The notes under the pieces were generated by a model. That model was not told where the DNA came from, did no database searches, and saw only the letters and a program-made list of their open reading frames with translations. Source: Catajapyx aquilonaris (lineage: Eukaryota). From it: DNA of 43,593 nucleotides. Made by a program: the position numbers and the translations under genes. Positions 10,563-22,631 of the stretch are shown here, piece after piece (the stretch's first letter is position 1; every line of letters begins with the position of its first letter). The DNA is taken from NCBI GenBank assembly GCA_000934665.2, contig KZ537995.1, positions 124,001 to 167,593 on the forward strand. The letters are read 5' to 3'.

Positions 10563-13500
10563 AAATGCATTATGTTAATAGGTGACAATCAGGTGTCCTA
10601 AGAACTCTCAGGCACAGTCCTTTTAGCACACAATATAATAGGTGAGCAAAAAGAAACACCTTAGTGGCATTGTTATTTATTCTTTTAATAATGGATAATT
10701 TGTTGGTCAGCATTGTGAGTATGTTGTTACACATGCTGTAGTATAAAGACACTACATGAAGAAATATATTATGATATATTTATTAATCCATTCATGTAGA
10801 CACAGCTTCATCAACTTGAGATAATGTCCATCTCCACTACCCCGTCCCATTTCCACTTTTTTGGCTTCTCAGAATGTTGGGGAGGTGGCTGTGAAAAGCG
10901 GCATAAAGACCTATCAAAAGTGTGCTAATTCAGCCCTAGTTATAATGCAGATCTCGGTTTATATTCGATGATACTGAAAAACGGTAATGGTTTGTCATGT
11001 TTCGACTATCCTTTAGCTAGCAACACCAGGAACCACTACACCTACAGGCCACCAGAAGTGCCCAACGATGAGTGGGACAGCTCAGCCCCTGTGGTACCAT
11101 ACGATGCTAAGAAAAGCCATGGAAAGATGAACCAGTATGTAAATGGTGTATACAAGTCACTGACAGCCCTGGAGGACACCTGTAAGCAGTGGGACGAAGA
11201 GATACAGGAATTGGGGGAAAAGAAGAAGGTGCTGTTGAAGCAAGTGGAAGATGCGCAGACAAAGTGTACCAACCAAAGCATTTGGATCCAAGAAGAGGCG
11301 AGGCATAGAAACACGTGCAAGGCAACGTATGTCATTAATTTTTTTCTCAATTGAATGCATTGAGGTGATTAGTTAATTACGATTACATCCTTTGAAGAAG
11401 TCTAGCTATTATAACTAGGGGTGTCCAATCTGTCATTTGGCCCTTTATAATAGCTAGACTTCTTCAAGGGATGGACGTTGCATGCGCATAGTCTAGTAAC
11501 ATAAAGTGACTACCCAGTATGGACTGCTGCTCCAGTTTACTTCACTGACCAGCTAACATAATTACGTCAACATTAGTCTTTTGCCTTTGTTGAAGCAAGG
11601 ATGTCCACAATTTCACAGAAATATTTTTTCAGGATGAAGGAGATTAACTGCGTCACAGGAGAGATCAGCACAGGTGTTCACAGAAATCAGAGGTCTTGTC
11701 ATGAGGTGAATGCCATCATCACTGAAAGTAAGAAGAAAGACTTTCAGGGCATGGGAAAGGATGTGTCTGCAGTGACTAAAATCGCGAGACAAACAAACTG
11801 GGAGAGGATGAGGAAAGGTTTTGAGAGGAAGATGGATCAGATTGAGACACATCTGCAATCTGAGTTTGAAAAGCGAAACGAGCAACACTCGGCTAGTGTT
11901 ATTGAGCTGGAAAAGATTATTGGTGATAATGCCAGTGTCTCTGAGAAAGAAGGCCTTATTAAGAAACTGGAAAATGCTGTGAAGGCAAAGGATGATGAAC
12001 TGATGGACGTCAAGGCTCGGTTGGAAAAGGTAGGCTTCTCCTCAATGACGACAATCATGTTCATTTGTTTGATATATATATATACAGGGTGTTCCAAGTT
12101 CATGGGTAATTTTATTTAAGTTATAATAACTAACATCACCCAAAGTAGTTATTTTTGTGTAGCTTGTTGTGCCCTGATCCAGGTACCTTAGTACTATCAG
12201 GTGGTTGGATGTAGCCAGGATGTAGCAGTGGCTATATGATGATGATGATGATGATGGATACCCTGTGATAAACCTCCTTGAGCTTTTTAGGGGATCATCT
12301 TTTAATTGACTGACTTTAATCATTGCCTTTGCTGTGATGGATTTTGATAGTGGGAGGAAGTGGGAGAACCCTGAGAAAACCCACGCGAACACGGAGAGAA
12401 CCCATTGAAACTCTGTCCACATAAGCATCCTCTGTCTTGATTTAGGGATCGCAATCAGGACCTTAGAGGTGGAAGGCTGTGGTGCTAACCACTACACCGC
12501 CTGCGGCTGTGGCTATAGAATGAGGCACCTGGATCGGGGCGCAACAAGCTGCAAATAAATAACAGCTTTGAGTGAAATTTCCTATAACTACAAGGCCCCA
12601 AGAACTTGGAACACCCTGTAGTTATAACTACACACTAATATTTATATATAATTATGAAAGTATTTCTTCAACTTTCAATGATATAATCTCAATTTAATAA
12701 GGTCCAAGGTAATAGTTTCCAGTGGTAGCCATCATGATAGAGGAAAATAATGAGGTAGCTGGATCAGGATGCGTAAATGTGCCCTTGTAAATCTTCATAC
12801 ATAATTATAAGTGTACAAACTGCAGTAGAATCCCAATTATCTGACCTTGGATTATCTGACTGTCCTGCTCCAGCAGTAAATAAATGTTTTCTCCTCAAAT
12901 ACTATAATGTACTATGCATTTGTTTTGTATTACCTTAGTTACATTCTGATTGTATATTTTGCGCCGATTATAAATTCTGAGTAATTGGCATTTTTATGGT
13001 AAAAAAGGACTTCATTTGTATCACTGATCAACAAAATTGAAATATTTCCGGCACATGTGTACATAATAAAAAGTGAAAATGGCTTACTTAACAAAACCAT
13101 TGTTGACCATATATTAGTCACATTGAGCAATGTGCAGTGTACTTTCCGCAGAATAACGTATTCTGTTACGCGGCTGTTACAAAAAAATGGAGCGTGATGG
13201 AAACTTTCTGACCTCATATTTGGAATCAGCGCATATGAATGAATTATAAACACCTAAAATTGTCCATGTGCCAAAAACCTTGTTGACTAGTGTTATTTAA
13301 TGCATTTATATATTTTTTGTTGTGTTTCATTAAAGTTTTCTTTTCTCCTGGGATTATGCAACCTTTTTTGTGTTTTAACCATGCGCCAGTCCCATGGGTG
13401 ACGGATAATAATCGGGGGTCTACTGTATGTGAAAACATGCAGTGGTGAACAGCATAATTATGTTGTCAACATGCAATAAAATGACTCTACCTTATGTTTA

Positions 13501-16500
13501 TTTCAGATCATAACAGAAGCTGTAGATGCTGAGACCAAGATAAAGCAGGACATTGCTGTGTTGTCATCAGATTTTAATCAACTTCAGGGCAAACTGCTGA
13601 ATGAAGAGGAAAAGTATGTTTATAGCTGTTGCTTTGTGAATTCCTAACAAATACAGTATCATTTAAATTCTAGGATGAAATGTTTTGAGCTGTGGTTGCG
13701 TCAGCTGGAGACTTACGATAAAGATTATTCAGCCCTCATAAACAACCTGAATTCTGAGAAAGAGAAAGAAGCAAAACGTGTTGAGATAACTCGAGCAGCC
13801 ATAGAACTGATGACAAAGGTGATTAATCTAATTAAGATAATTGGCAAGCTGTAATGTGAATTAAATCATTTCAGGAGCTGGAACTGCTGAAACTCAAGGA
13901 AGAATCAATGGTTTCTGACAATACACAGCTGAAAAACTGTATTGCTGAGATGAGTTCAGTAGAGAAGGAGCTGTGTGAGTTACAACAGAGCATGGGTTGG
14001 CTCAAGATTGGGGAAGGAAATTTCCAGGAGAAGGTCAAGTGGATGGCAGGAATGTACAGCGATAATGAAACTGCAAAAGCTGAGGAATGTGACCTGGAAG
14101 AGAAAGTTGCAAAGTCAGAGTCTGAACTTCAGGCAATCACAGAATATGCGTCTGGGCTAAAATTGCGATTGGATGATGTTCTTCAAGACAGCTCTCACAT
14201 AATGGAAGCAGCAGGTATAGTCACACCATTATTACTTATTAGTTTGTATCTAGGTCTTTATGAACAAGGCATATTTTTCAGTCTCCTTTTACCTGATTGT
14301 GAGTAATTCTGAAATGTTTCTTTTGACAAAAATGGTATGAGGCAATGGCATTTAGAAGCTAATGCGACAAAGTCATATGCATTGCATTCAGCTGATCTCT
14401 GAATGTAACACCAATCATGTTCAGGTAATTCACATTAGAAGCACTGTATTGTGTCTAATTATCTGTGTCCTTACACTGGTTTGTGAGAAGTGACATGCTG
14501 CAAAAAGTCACAATAATTAGTGAAACTTTTCACCTAATAATGATTGATTAATTATCTTGACAAATTCACACTCCCTGATAAAGGATTCTCAACTTGTACA
14601 TCTTTTTCCCAACCACTGTTTAGAAGTTGTTTTTTTTACAAGTTAATAACAAAGAAAGAGTAACTTCTCTATCTAGTTTGGAAAAATAACAGGCTTCTGA
14701 TTTGACCTTGAAATTGTAGCAGAGATTATTATTATTTTTGTTGTTGTGAAACATACAGTTTCAGATTGGGACTAACAAGCATTATTCATGCCAAAGAGAT
14801 ATGCAGTATTGAACTGTTTCAAGTCAGTTGCCAGTGTAAAGACTAATTTATTCATGTATGGTACTGTACCATATTGTACTCTCCACACTTTGGTTTCCAT
14901 TTTTTTGCCTCATGTGTAATTTTAAACTCGTTAGAGAGGGATTACTAACAACATCACTGGGCTGCTTTGTACGGTCTGGTGATTATAAGATTGCACACAT
15001 ATGTCTGCCCATTTTCATGGCATAACTGGGGAAGTCTATGGGTACCGTCTCTAGGGGTACCGTATTCAATAACTATCATGTTCCTCAGAACCACTAATTC
15101 ACTGTATTGCATCTTATGCATTTCACCTGATGTCATCTTTATTTTATGAAAGAGAGCAAGTCTTGATGGAATATTTATTATTCCTGAGCTTTAATTTTTC
15201 AGGATTATAAAGATACTGTTTTGTCATTGGAATATTTTCTTACATATGTGTTGTTTGAAAATAATGCAAGCATTACATGAATAGTGATTCATATATGTGT
15301 ACTGTATCTACTCTTGAGCAATAAGCAGAAATTAAATATGGTTTTCATATTTTCTAATTGTGTAGTGAAGAAGAATATGGAGCTGAAAGAGGAAGAGTCT
15401 ACGTTGAAAACCCTCTATGATAGTGTGAAGTGTGTCGCTGATGAGCTTATGAAAGAAGAAAAAATCAAGCAGGAAAGGGCTGAGTCACTGGAGGCAGAGG
15501 TGGTCATGTTGAAAGAGGCTGTTGACAAGGAAAAGGGAAATTATGAAAAACGTGACCAGCTCCTGAAGTGCAAAGAGGCCGAACTGACTCAGGCTCAAAT
15601 GTCTCTCGAGAAAGTACAGACTGTCTTGGAAGAAGACAGGTCAAGAAATACCATGTTGCAGTCTGCGGTGACGGAGACAGAGAAGGTTCTGCGCAAGGAA
15701 AGAGAGAAGACCAGAGTCACAAAAGATGATCATGCGAAGGTTCTGACTGCAATTGAAACTGGAAAGACCATGGAGGGTGCTATGGCCAAGCTGGAAGAAG
15801 CAAAGTTGAATTTGCAGGCAAAGGAGCATGAGGAGGCAGATATTAAAGCCCTACTACAGAAGGCCCATGAGAACATTAAGGCAATGCAGGAAGGGGTGAA
15901 AGCAGCTGGCAAAGATATGAAGAAAGCTGTGGCCAAATTGGAAAAGGAAACAAAGATTAACAGGGAGAGGATGATGGATGCTATGAAGCATAAGGAGCAG
16001 TTGGAGGAAAAAGAGAAGAAATACAGGACAATGAGAGAGTTATTAGAAGCTGATGCTTCAAGGGCTGAAGAGGAATACAGACTGCTGCAGGAAGACTTGT
16101 GTAAATTTGAAGAGAAGGGGAAGAATGTGGATTTCGGAGCTGGAAGAGAAGTGGAGGATATGAGGAAGGACTTGGCTGCAGCCACAAGCTCTCTACAAGC
16201 ATACAAGGCCACAGTGGAGGAGCTCCGAGCAGTTCTGAAAGCCAAGAAGCAAACACTAAGCATGAGCATGACCTCAGCAAGGCAAGAATGGACTAAGCTC
16301 ATGGGAGAGTCAGAGAAGCATATTGAAGACTTCAAGAGAGAACGGGAAGCTGAGTTGGCAAAAATTAACGTGGCACTTGAGGAGAACAAGGCGCTAGTTT
16401 CCAGGTTTGCCGATGATGAAGAGGTAATGCAGAAGTGAATGGAGAGAGATTAAAATTTTTTGTGGCTAAAATAACATTTGCCCTTGATCCCACAGTTTAA

Positions 16501-19500
16501 GTATTGTGCAGTCATAAGGAAACATTTACATGACAATCATGAGTGAACTGGTCATTAGGCAAGGCAGTGCAATGACAAAATGGTATGGAGGGCTACTCAG
16601 TTGCAGGACCAGATTTCTGCATCCAACTTGTCATATGACCTAGCTCCTATCGACTCTGTTTAATTCCATAAAACAAAACTGATGCACTCCTCCTCCAATG
16701 GCGTGATCATTGTAAATGCTCCCTTGTGGATATCATTAATACTATTTAATATCAGATTAATATACAGGCGTAGGATACAGTGTGACCAAAAAATAATGCC
16801 TCGATTTAAAAGCCTTATAACTCGATAACTTGTAAACATATCGTAATGAAGTAAGTTTTGAAATGCTAAGAAATGTTTGAAGTTTTGGTCTTACTTTAGT
16901 TTCTTTGGATATGAGCTCCACATGCAACTTTTGGAAAAATAATTACGCTAAACAGTTGATAATAATAACTATTGTTAGTCTTTTTACTGTTTCAATATTC
17001 CATGTTGCAGTAGTTGTGAGTGACTCAAGAACTAATGTGCACATTTTATGGCACAAAATTCATATGACAAAGATAACTGCAGTAACTTAAGTTTGTCTCT
17101 CATGTGGCTTGATGCAGAGATAAGAAATGAAATTTTATGTTTTATTGGAGCATCCCAAGTGTGGGCGATACTAATGTGGTTCCCATCTGCGTGTGGATTA
17201 AATGTGTAAAAAAAATCTTATACTCTTTTTCTGTATTACGTGCAGATGTACAAGCATCAAATATCTCGGAAAGAAGAGGAGTATCAGATTGCCATTAGCA
17301 ACATTGTTAAGAAGTTGGAAGCAGACAAAGAAGCAGCCACTAAGTTGAAGAAGGAGATGGGTTCACATGCACGGTCTGTCAAGAAGATTCAGAAGGAGCT
17401 AGCGAAGACCCAAGACGTTTTCAAGAACAGAGAAGTTGACCTGGTGAGTCATGGTGAAGTTGCACCCATTGCCTACTTATGGCACCAAATACTTTCCACA
17501 AAACCTGCCCAGAGAGTGAAAACCAAGTTCCATGGGGAGAAGTAAAATTTAATCCCAAAAACCAGAAAATGCTCAAGGTGATCCAGTGAAATCGAGGAGC
17601 AATATGGTTACTCCACAGCATACATACAAATAACAAAGGATTTTAATATTAAAGTATAGATGGTTTTGAGTTAGTCTGGCAATGATACAACCTGGCCTTT
17701 GTGATTTGCTGTGCTTATATTCACAGGAGGGGGAGTTGGAGAGCCATGAGAAGATTATTGCTGATATGAAGCAATTGCTTATGACGAAGGAGGGAAAAAT
17801 TGAAGAGCTCATCACTTCCATGGGCGATGTCAAGATGCTTGCGGAGGAGCAAAAGGTAGCCAAGGAGGCTGACTTCGCCACAAAAATGTCTCATGCATCC
17901 CCTAAGATGACCATGTTTAGAAGCAAGATTTTAGCCAGCCCTGCCAGGGCTCCTACATCAAAAGCGGTGGCTTCTCCTGCAATGACTCAGAAGCCGTCCT
18001 ATTTCCTACCTTCAATGACTGGTTCATCCACCACTGCTGGTGCCAGTTCACAGAAGGGATTTGTCCCACTCAACATCATCCAGGTCATTCCAAAGACGAA
18101 GAAGGACAGGGGCACTACTGCACCTGTGAAGGCAGCCAGACTCCTGGTAAATGTACCTTAATTTGGAGACAAACATGCAAGTTTTTGGATTTAAATTTTC
18201 CAGTCCCCACCAATTTTGACAGTGTGTGAGCTACTTGAAGATGTCATCGGTGAATCTGACCAAAATTATTTGCTATATATGTCCGCAGACATATGAGGTA
18301 ATGTTTAGCGCACAACTATACTGTTTCTGGAAAGTGCCCAACATCGTCCTCCTTGCAAAATGAGAACATCAAAATATACGTAACTTTCAATTAAAAGGGG
18401 TAGTCAGCAAAAAAAAAAAAAAAAAAAAAAATCTCTTTCTACACTACATTTCATTTCATTTCATTTCATATCATTGGAGGCAGTAAATAATGTTGAAATA
18501 ATGATAAAAAGATTAACATCAGAGGTCTTTCACGTTAATTGTTGGTATCGGAAGCAACAGAAATGTAACACAAGGACACATAAATATGTCTTAGGAGCAT
18601 GCTCCTCTCAGTACCCACAATTAATACTGTAATTACCCCTCAATGATGGTGCATTATTTTAGAGAAGGCTGCAAGGGGAAATCCCTAGAAAAACCATACA
18701 AGTCCAATGAAAATGATTGATCGCTGTCCTGGGTATAAACTGTGTATTTCAGAAGTGGAAGGCTGCAACCTAACCACTGCACCGTTGAACTACCCTGCTC
18801 TTATCCCAGGAGTAGTTTCTTGAATATTAATTTAGCGGCACTTCTGCAGGGACCAACTTGATCAGCATATTCCTCAATGATATTCTGATCACTGATCACT
18901 CGTAGCAAAAAATTTTACAAAGTGAGATGGGTCAAGTTGTTAAAAATAATGTCAAGTGTCTCATAAGGGAAGCTGATACGTTATAATATGAAGGGCATAG
19001 AGTGATATGCTGAATCAGTTCAAATATTTTTCTGTGGGGATGGTGGAAACTCGAGAAAAATGTTTTTATTTCCATATGTCTCTCAGGGAAATAAATTTAT
19101 TCATTAAACGGCAAAATATAATTGTTATGCACCCGTACCAAGAGGTCATGGATGAGTTTTTCCTCCTCCTGCTAAGTCTCGACTAGCAGCTTGCTTCATT
19201 ACCTTAGTAGTCATGTCACTATGGGCAACATTGAACTAACGATTCGAGACCTATGACATCCTACTACTCTCTGGCTTCATGAACAGACAGTCCAGATTCT
19301 CCCATAACTTCATTCATGAATTTGTATGAGTACTAGATGGTAATCAAGTACTAGTGGTAGTAGGACAAATCAACCCTGTGACTTTTGTGGCCTCCTTCAG
19401 AAGGTAGGTCAATTAGCATGTAATTTTGCCCAGTCCCTTCTCATCTCAACGACACCTTTAAGTATGCCAAGTTAAGTCAAAAGTAGCAGAGATTGAGTCC

Positions 19501-20532
19501 GTCTCGGTGATCTACCTGATATGAAGTTACCTTATGACTGCGCATAATATTATTTATACCTGAACAAAATGCAACGTTCATAAAAGTATTTGACAAATAG
19601 GATGGTGCATTGTGGTCGCCACTGCTGTTGAGCCACAAAAAAAAAGTCAAAATGACAAATGGGAACTCTTATTGTTAGTGGTATACTAGATAAGATGAAT
19701 TTGCCTCCTTGGGGGTACCTATAACTAGTCAGAGGTAATTTTCTCTGCGCTGTAATTAACTAATTTATGCAGTGTAATAATTAAATGGAACTGCCTTTAT
19801 TACATTGCCATTACCATTATGTATATGCAGGACTCATCTGAGATCAAGACAGAAGTCACCTATGATTCTGATCCTGATGATAACCCACCCACAACAACAC
19901 CAGTGTTCGGTGATGGAAATAAGAAGCATATTATACCTGAAGGTGCACCTTCCAAACCAAAGAAGGCAAGGAAGCAGGACCTCTCAGGACTGCAGTCATT
20001 TGCCTCCCTCTATCCTCATGGAAACATCCAAAAGGTGAGTCCATGATCATACCCTTATGACAAACTAATGTGGGTTGTCAGATGCATGGTTCATTGCTGT
20101 GCCTGTATTCCAGTCCTAGGACCCATATTTAATTTTGCTTGAATATTTGCTTCACTTTGTTAATTTTGTTCTAGTTGAAGTTGTTGTCTACTAAAAATAT
20201 CTATGATTCCTTTCAACTTCTAGTAAATCAGAACACGTATATTTAGGAACCTGAATAAAAATATCTCCAGAAGTTATGTAGTTTACAGTCAGAGATGGGT
20301 GAACACCCTTCTCTCTTCAGCAAGCTTTATTATCCTGGCTATAATCTTCAGGTTGTCTTTTCCACAGCCCGTCATTCCACTGCAGACAACTAGGCGACTT
20401 CCCACTTTTAAAGATGCCCAGCTGTTCATGAAGTCATTGAAGAAGGAGTGTTCCAATGAGAAGAAGAAGAGCTCACGTGAAGTAAACAAAAATGGCCAAC
20501 CCATAGAGTGCATAACCCTTGACTCTGATTGA
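9743..20532 (+). CDS. Long coiled-coil protein (~1176 aa), SYCP1/synaptonemal-complex transverse-filament-like
   Basis: Twelve GT-AG exons with consistent phases: 9743-9848, 9932-10012, 11017-11326, 11633-12029, 13507-13613, 13674-13818, 13875-14214, 15366-16423, 17246-17443, 17727-18146, 19831-20034, 20368-20532 (3531 nt, open to TGA). The product has a disordered N-terminus, a long E/K/L-rich heptad region and a basic S/T-P-rich tail. The gene model is solid; the SYCP1 identity is an inference. Confidence 0.85.
10126..10560 (+). mobile_element. Full-length tRNA-derived SINE with (AAAT)n tail and 17-bp TSD
   Basis: A box TGGTGTAGTGG, B box GGTTCGAGTCC, anticodon-like arm TCCGA-CTGCTAA-TCGGG and (AAAT)n tail ~10529-10560. 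Direct repeat AAAAATGCATTATGTTA at 10109-10125 and 10561-10577. Confidence 0.92.
11386..11473. repeat. Intronic inverted repeat (29-bp arms, 1 mismatch, 30-nt loop)
   Basis: CATCCTTTGAAGAAGTCTAGCTATTATAA (11386-11414) pairs with TTATAATAGCTAGACTTCTTCAAGGGATG (11445-11473). Confidence 0.85.
12085..12618. mobile_element. Tc1/mariner-type MITE interrupted by a SINE
   Basis: TA|CAGGGTGTTCCAAGTTC ... GAACTTGGAACACCCTG|TA, with imperfect inverted homology extending ~100 bp inward (AGCTTGTTGTGCCCTGATCCAGGT vs ACCTGGATCGGGGCGCAACAAGCT). Confidence 0.85.
12237..12508 (-). mobile_element. V-domain tRNA SINE with (CAT)n tail
   Basis: On the minus strand: A box GGCGGTGTAGTGG, degenerate B box, V-domain-like core GTTCTCTCCGTGTTCGCGTGGGTTTTCTCAGGG..TTCCTCCCAC and (CAT)n tail. 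TSD GTGGCTATA at 12228-12236 and 12509-12517. Confidence 0.85.
12823..13425. mobile_element. pogo/Tigger-like non-autonomous DNA transposon
   Basis: Termini CAGTAGAATCCCAATTATCTG ... CGGATAATAATCGGGGGTCTACTG|TA. The left flank is TG (probably a mutated TA). AT-rich non-coding interior. Confidence 0.65.
18447..18790 (-). mobile_element. Degenerate SINE related to the 12237-12508 element
   Basis: GTGGAAGGCTG..CTAACCACTGCACCG at ~18755-18784 matches the head of the 12.5-kb SINE. An (ATTTC)n simple-repeat tail lies at ~18447-18472. Confidence 0.5.
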
Positions 20533-20754
20533 AGGAGGACTCAGTGTTGTTTCAATGATGGGCATCAAAAAGAGATGTTTTTTTTTTCTTCGTTCCCTGA
20601 GGCAGAGTAAAAGTCGCAGTTTGTTGAGTTATTGTGCATTGCAATAAGCTCCACTAATGCTGTTCTTACATTAATACATGTTGATTAATGTTAATGCATT
20701 GGATTTGGTGACCTTTTGTGGTGGATTAATTTTTACAAATATGTTGCACTAGTG

Positions 20755-21540
20755 CAGTGGTTCCCAACCTTTTTCGGGTCGAGACCCCCTTTTATGATAG
20801 TCACATAACCTGCGACCCAACCTAATAGTAGTAGAAGATTAATGTAGTGGAGACATATTAAAACATTAAAAAACTTTCATGGTAAAATTTCCTATACAGG
20901 GTGTTTATTGTAACTCTGCAAAGACTTTCAGGGGTAATAGAGGGGATCAAGACAGGTATTTTTGACATAGGAACCCGTGTCCGGAAACGCCATCTAGAGG
21001 GGGTTCATAGACAGGGAACGGGTGCGCTCAGACGCTTCATGCGGGAGGCGCTAGGTGAGGGGACTGTTTTGTTGATAGCGATAGCGCTCGGATAGTAAAC
21101 ACCAATGTGATGTGCCATAACCTGGCAACAGCAGAGCCATCTAGCAACTAAAGTACACCTCCTAGGAGATGCGCGGATAGTCAACAGCGGTTCTGCTGCT
21201 GCCAGGTTATGGCGTATCGTGTTGTTGTTTACTTCCAACGACGCGATACGCCATTACCTGGCAACAACTGTGCGCCATCTACGAACAAAACAGTCCGCTC
21301 TCCTAGCGCCTCTCGCCTGACGCGTCTGAGCGCACCCGTTCCTTGTCTATGAACCCCCTCTAGATGACGTTTCCGGACACGGGTTCCTATGTCAAAAATA
21401 CTTGTCTTGGTCCCCTCTATTACCCCTGAAAGTCTTTGCAGAGTTACAATAAACACCCTGTATATAGCAAGTAAAAAATTCTGTCGCCACCGTGCGACCC
21501 CCCGGAAAAATCTTCTCGACCCACAGGTTGGGAACCACTG
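20755..21540. mobile_element. hAT (Charlie-like) MITE, ~220 bp after removing the nested insert
   Basis: Perfect 16-bp TIR CAGTGGTTCCCAACCT / AGGTTGGGAACCACTG and 8-bp TSD CACTAGTG (20747-20754, 21541-21548). An empty site exists in a paralogous segment at ~26511. Confidence 0.93.
20897..21460. mobile_element. Tc1/mariner-type MITE with long (~170-180 bp) TIRs, nested in the hAT MITE
   Basis: TA|CAGGGTGTTTATTGTAACTCTGCAAAGAC... and ...GTCTTTGCAGAGTTACAATAAACACCCTG|TA. The arms are near-identical over the first ~140 bp. Confidence 0.93.
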
Positions 21541-22631
21541 CACTAGTGGGTTCATAAGCCAGTAATTTTTGTAGTAATTTTTAATGAACTTGCGCAAATG
21601 GTTTTGATGTGTACGTATTGTGTAACCATTGTTGATTTGTTGCACGTTGCAGTCACTAACAGTTCAGTGCACATAACGTATGACTTTTTGTGTTTTTGTG
21701 CTAATTTTCATCATACTTGGGCAAATGGTCCTGGTGTAATAATGTCTGGCTGGTATTTTTGTTTCTCACATAGCTCAATATGAAAAACGTTGTCTATAGC
21801 TGCCCACTGCGAAATGCTGTAGTTCAGTGTATTAATTTTTGTCTGTTATTTGTTGTATTTGCCATGAATTTGGGATTGTGGTAGCCTATTACTGTTGCAC
21901 TTTGCAGAAAATGTGTTTGAAATACCCAGTAATCTTATATTAATTTCTTTGAAAATAAATGTGTTCCCAGCATTCATGAATACAGGTGGAAATTGAAAGT
22001 GAAATGCAGTGAAGCATGTTACTAGTGATGTTGCTATGTTCTACGACACTTTTATGTATGGACAATTTTTTCTCCCCAGTTTCAATCCCACCACAGCCTT
22101 TATCATTTGCGTTTACGTTTGCATCTATCATTTATGTTGGATTACACATTGTTCAATGGGTAATTTTGGGCAGTAATTGTACTTCCAACTGCAATCATAT
22201 TCTATGGCCCTTCCCATAATGAAGTTATGCAACATGTGATTATGGAGTATTGAAATAATCCAAGTAACCTTGCAGGAATGGTCAAGGTGGCCTCATGGTG
22301 GTGAAATATTTAGAATTGTTTGTGGAAAGAAGAGGGAGGGAAACAGAGAGAAAGATGAAGGAGGCTCATTACGCTGCTGATACGAAAAAAAAGGGAGGCT
22401 TCTCTGTGTAGTTTAATGGAGTAATAATAGAAGGAGCACGAAGTGTGGATGTCTGCATTTTTCATTATTTGCAGCTGGAGGAGGAGGAGGAGCAACTTGA
22501 ATGAGTTATGTTGGCAGCAGGGGGAGACCAGCAACGTTTGAATGATAAACTTGAGGCTGGGGTGTTTGCTTCTGATCAGTCGGTCACTAGCCAGCCAACC
22601 CAGCAGCAGCAGGTTTCCCTTTGTCTTCACC

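Noticed and set aside
15730..16389. 219-aa minus-strand ORF
   Set aside because: Antisense shadow (S/L/F-rich) of the E/K-rich coiled-coil exon.
16778..16930. Mariner-like left end TA|CAGTGTGACCAAA
   Set aside because: No matching right terminus found, so it is too weak to call.
20901..21645. ORFs 20901-21095 (+) and 21229-21645 (-) with near-identical peptides
   Set aside because: They are mirror translations of the MITE's inverted arms and have no transposase motifs.
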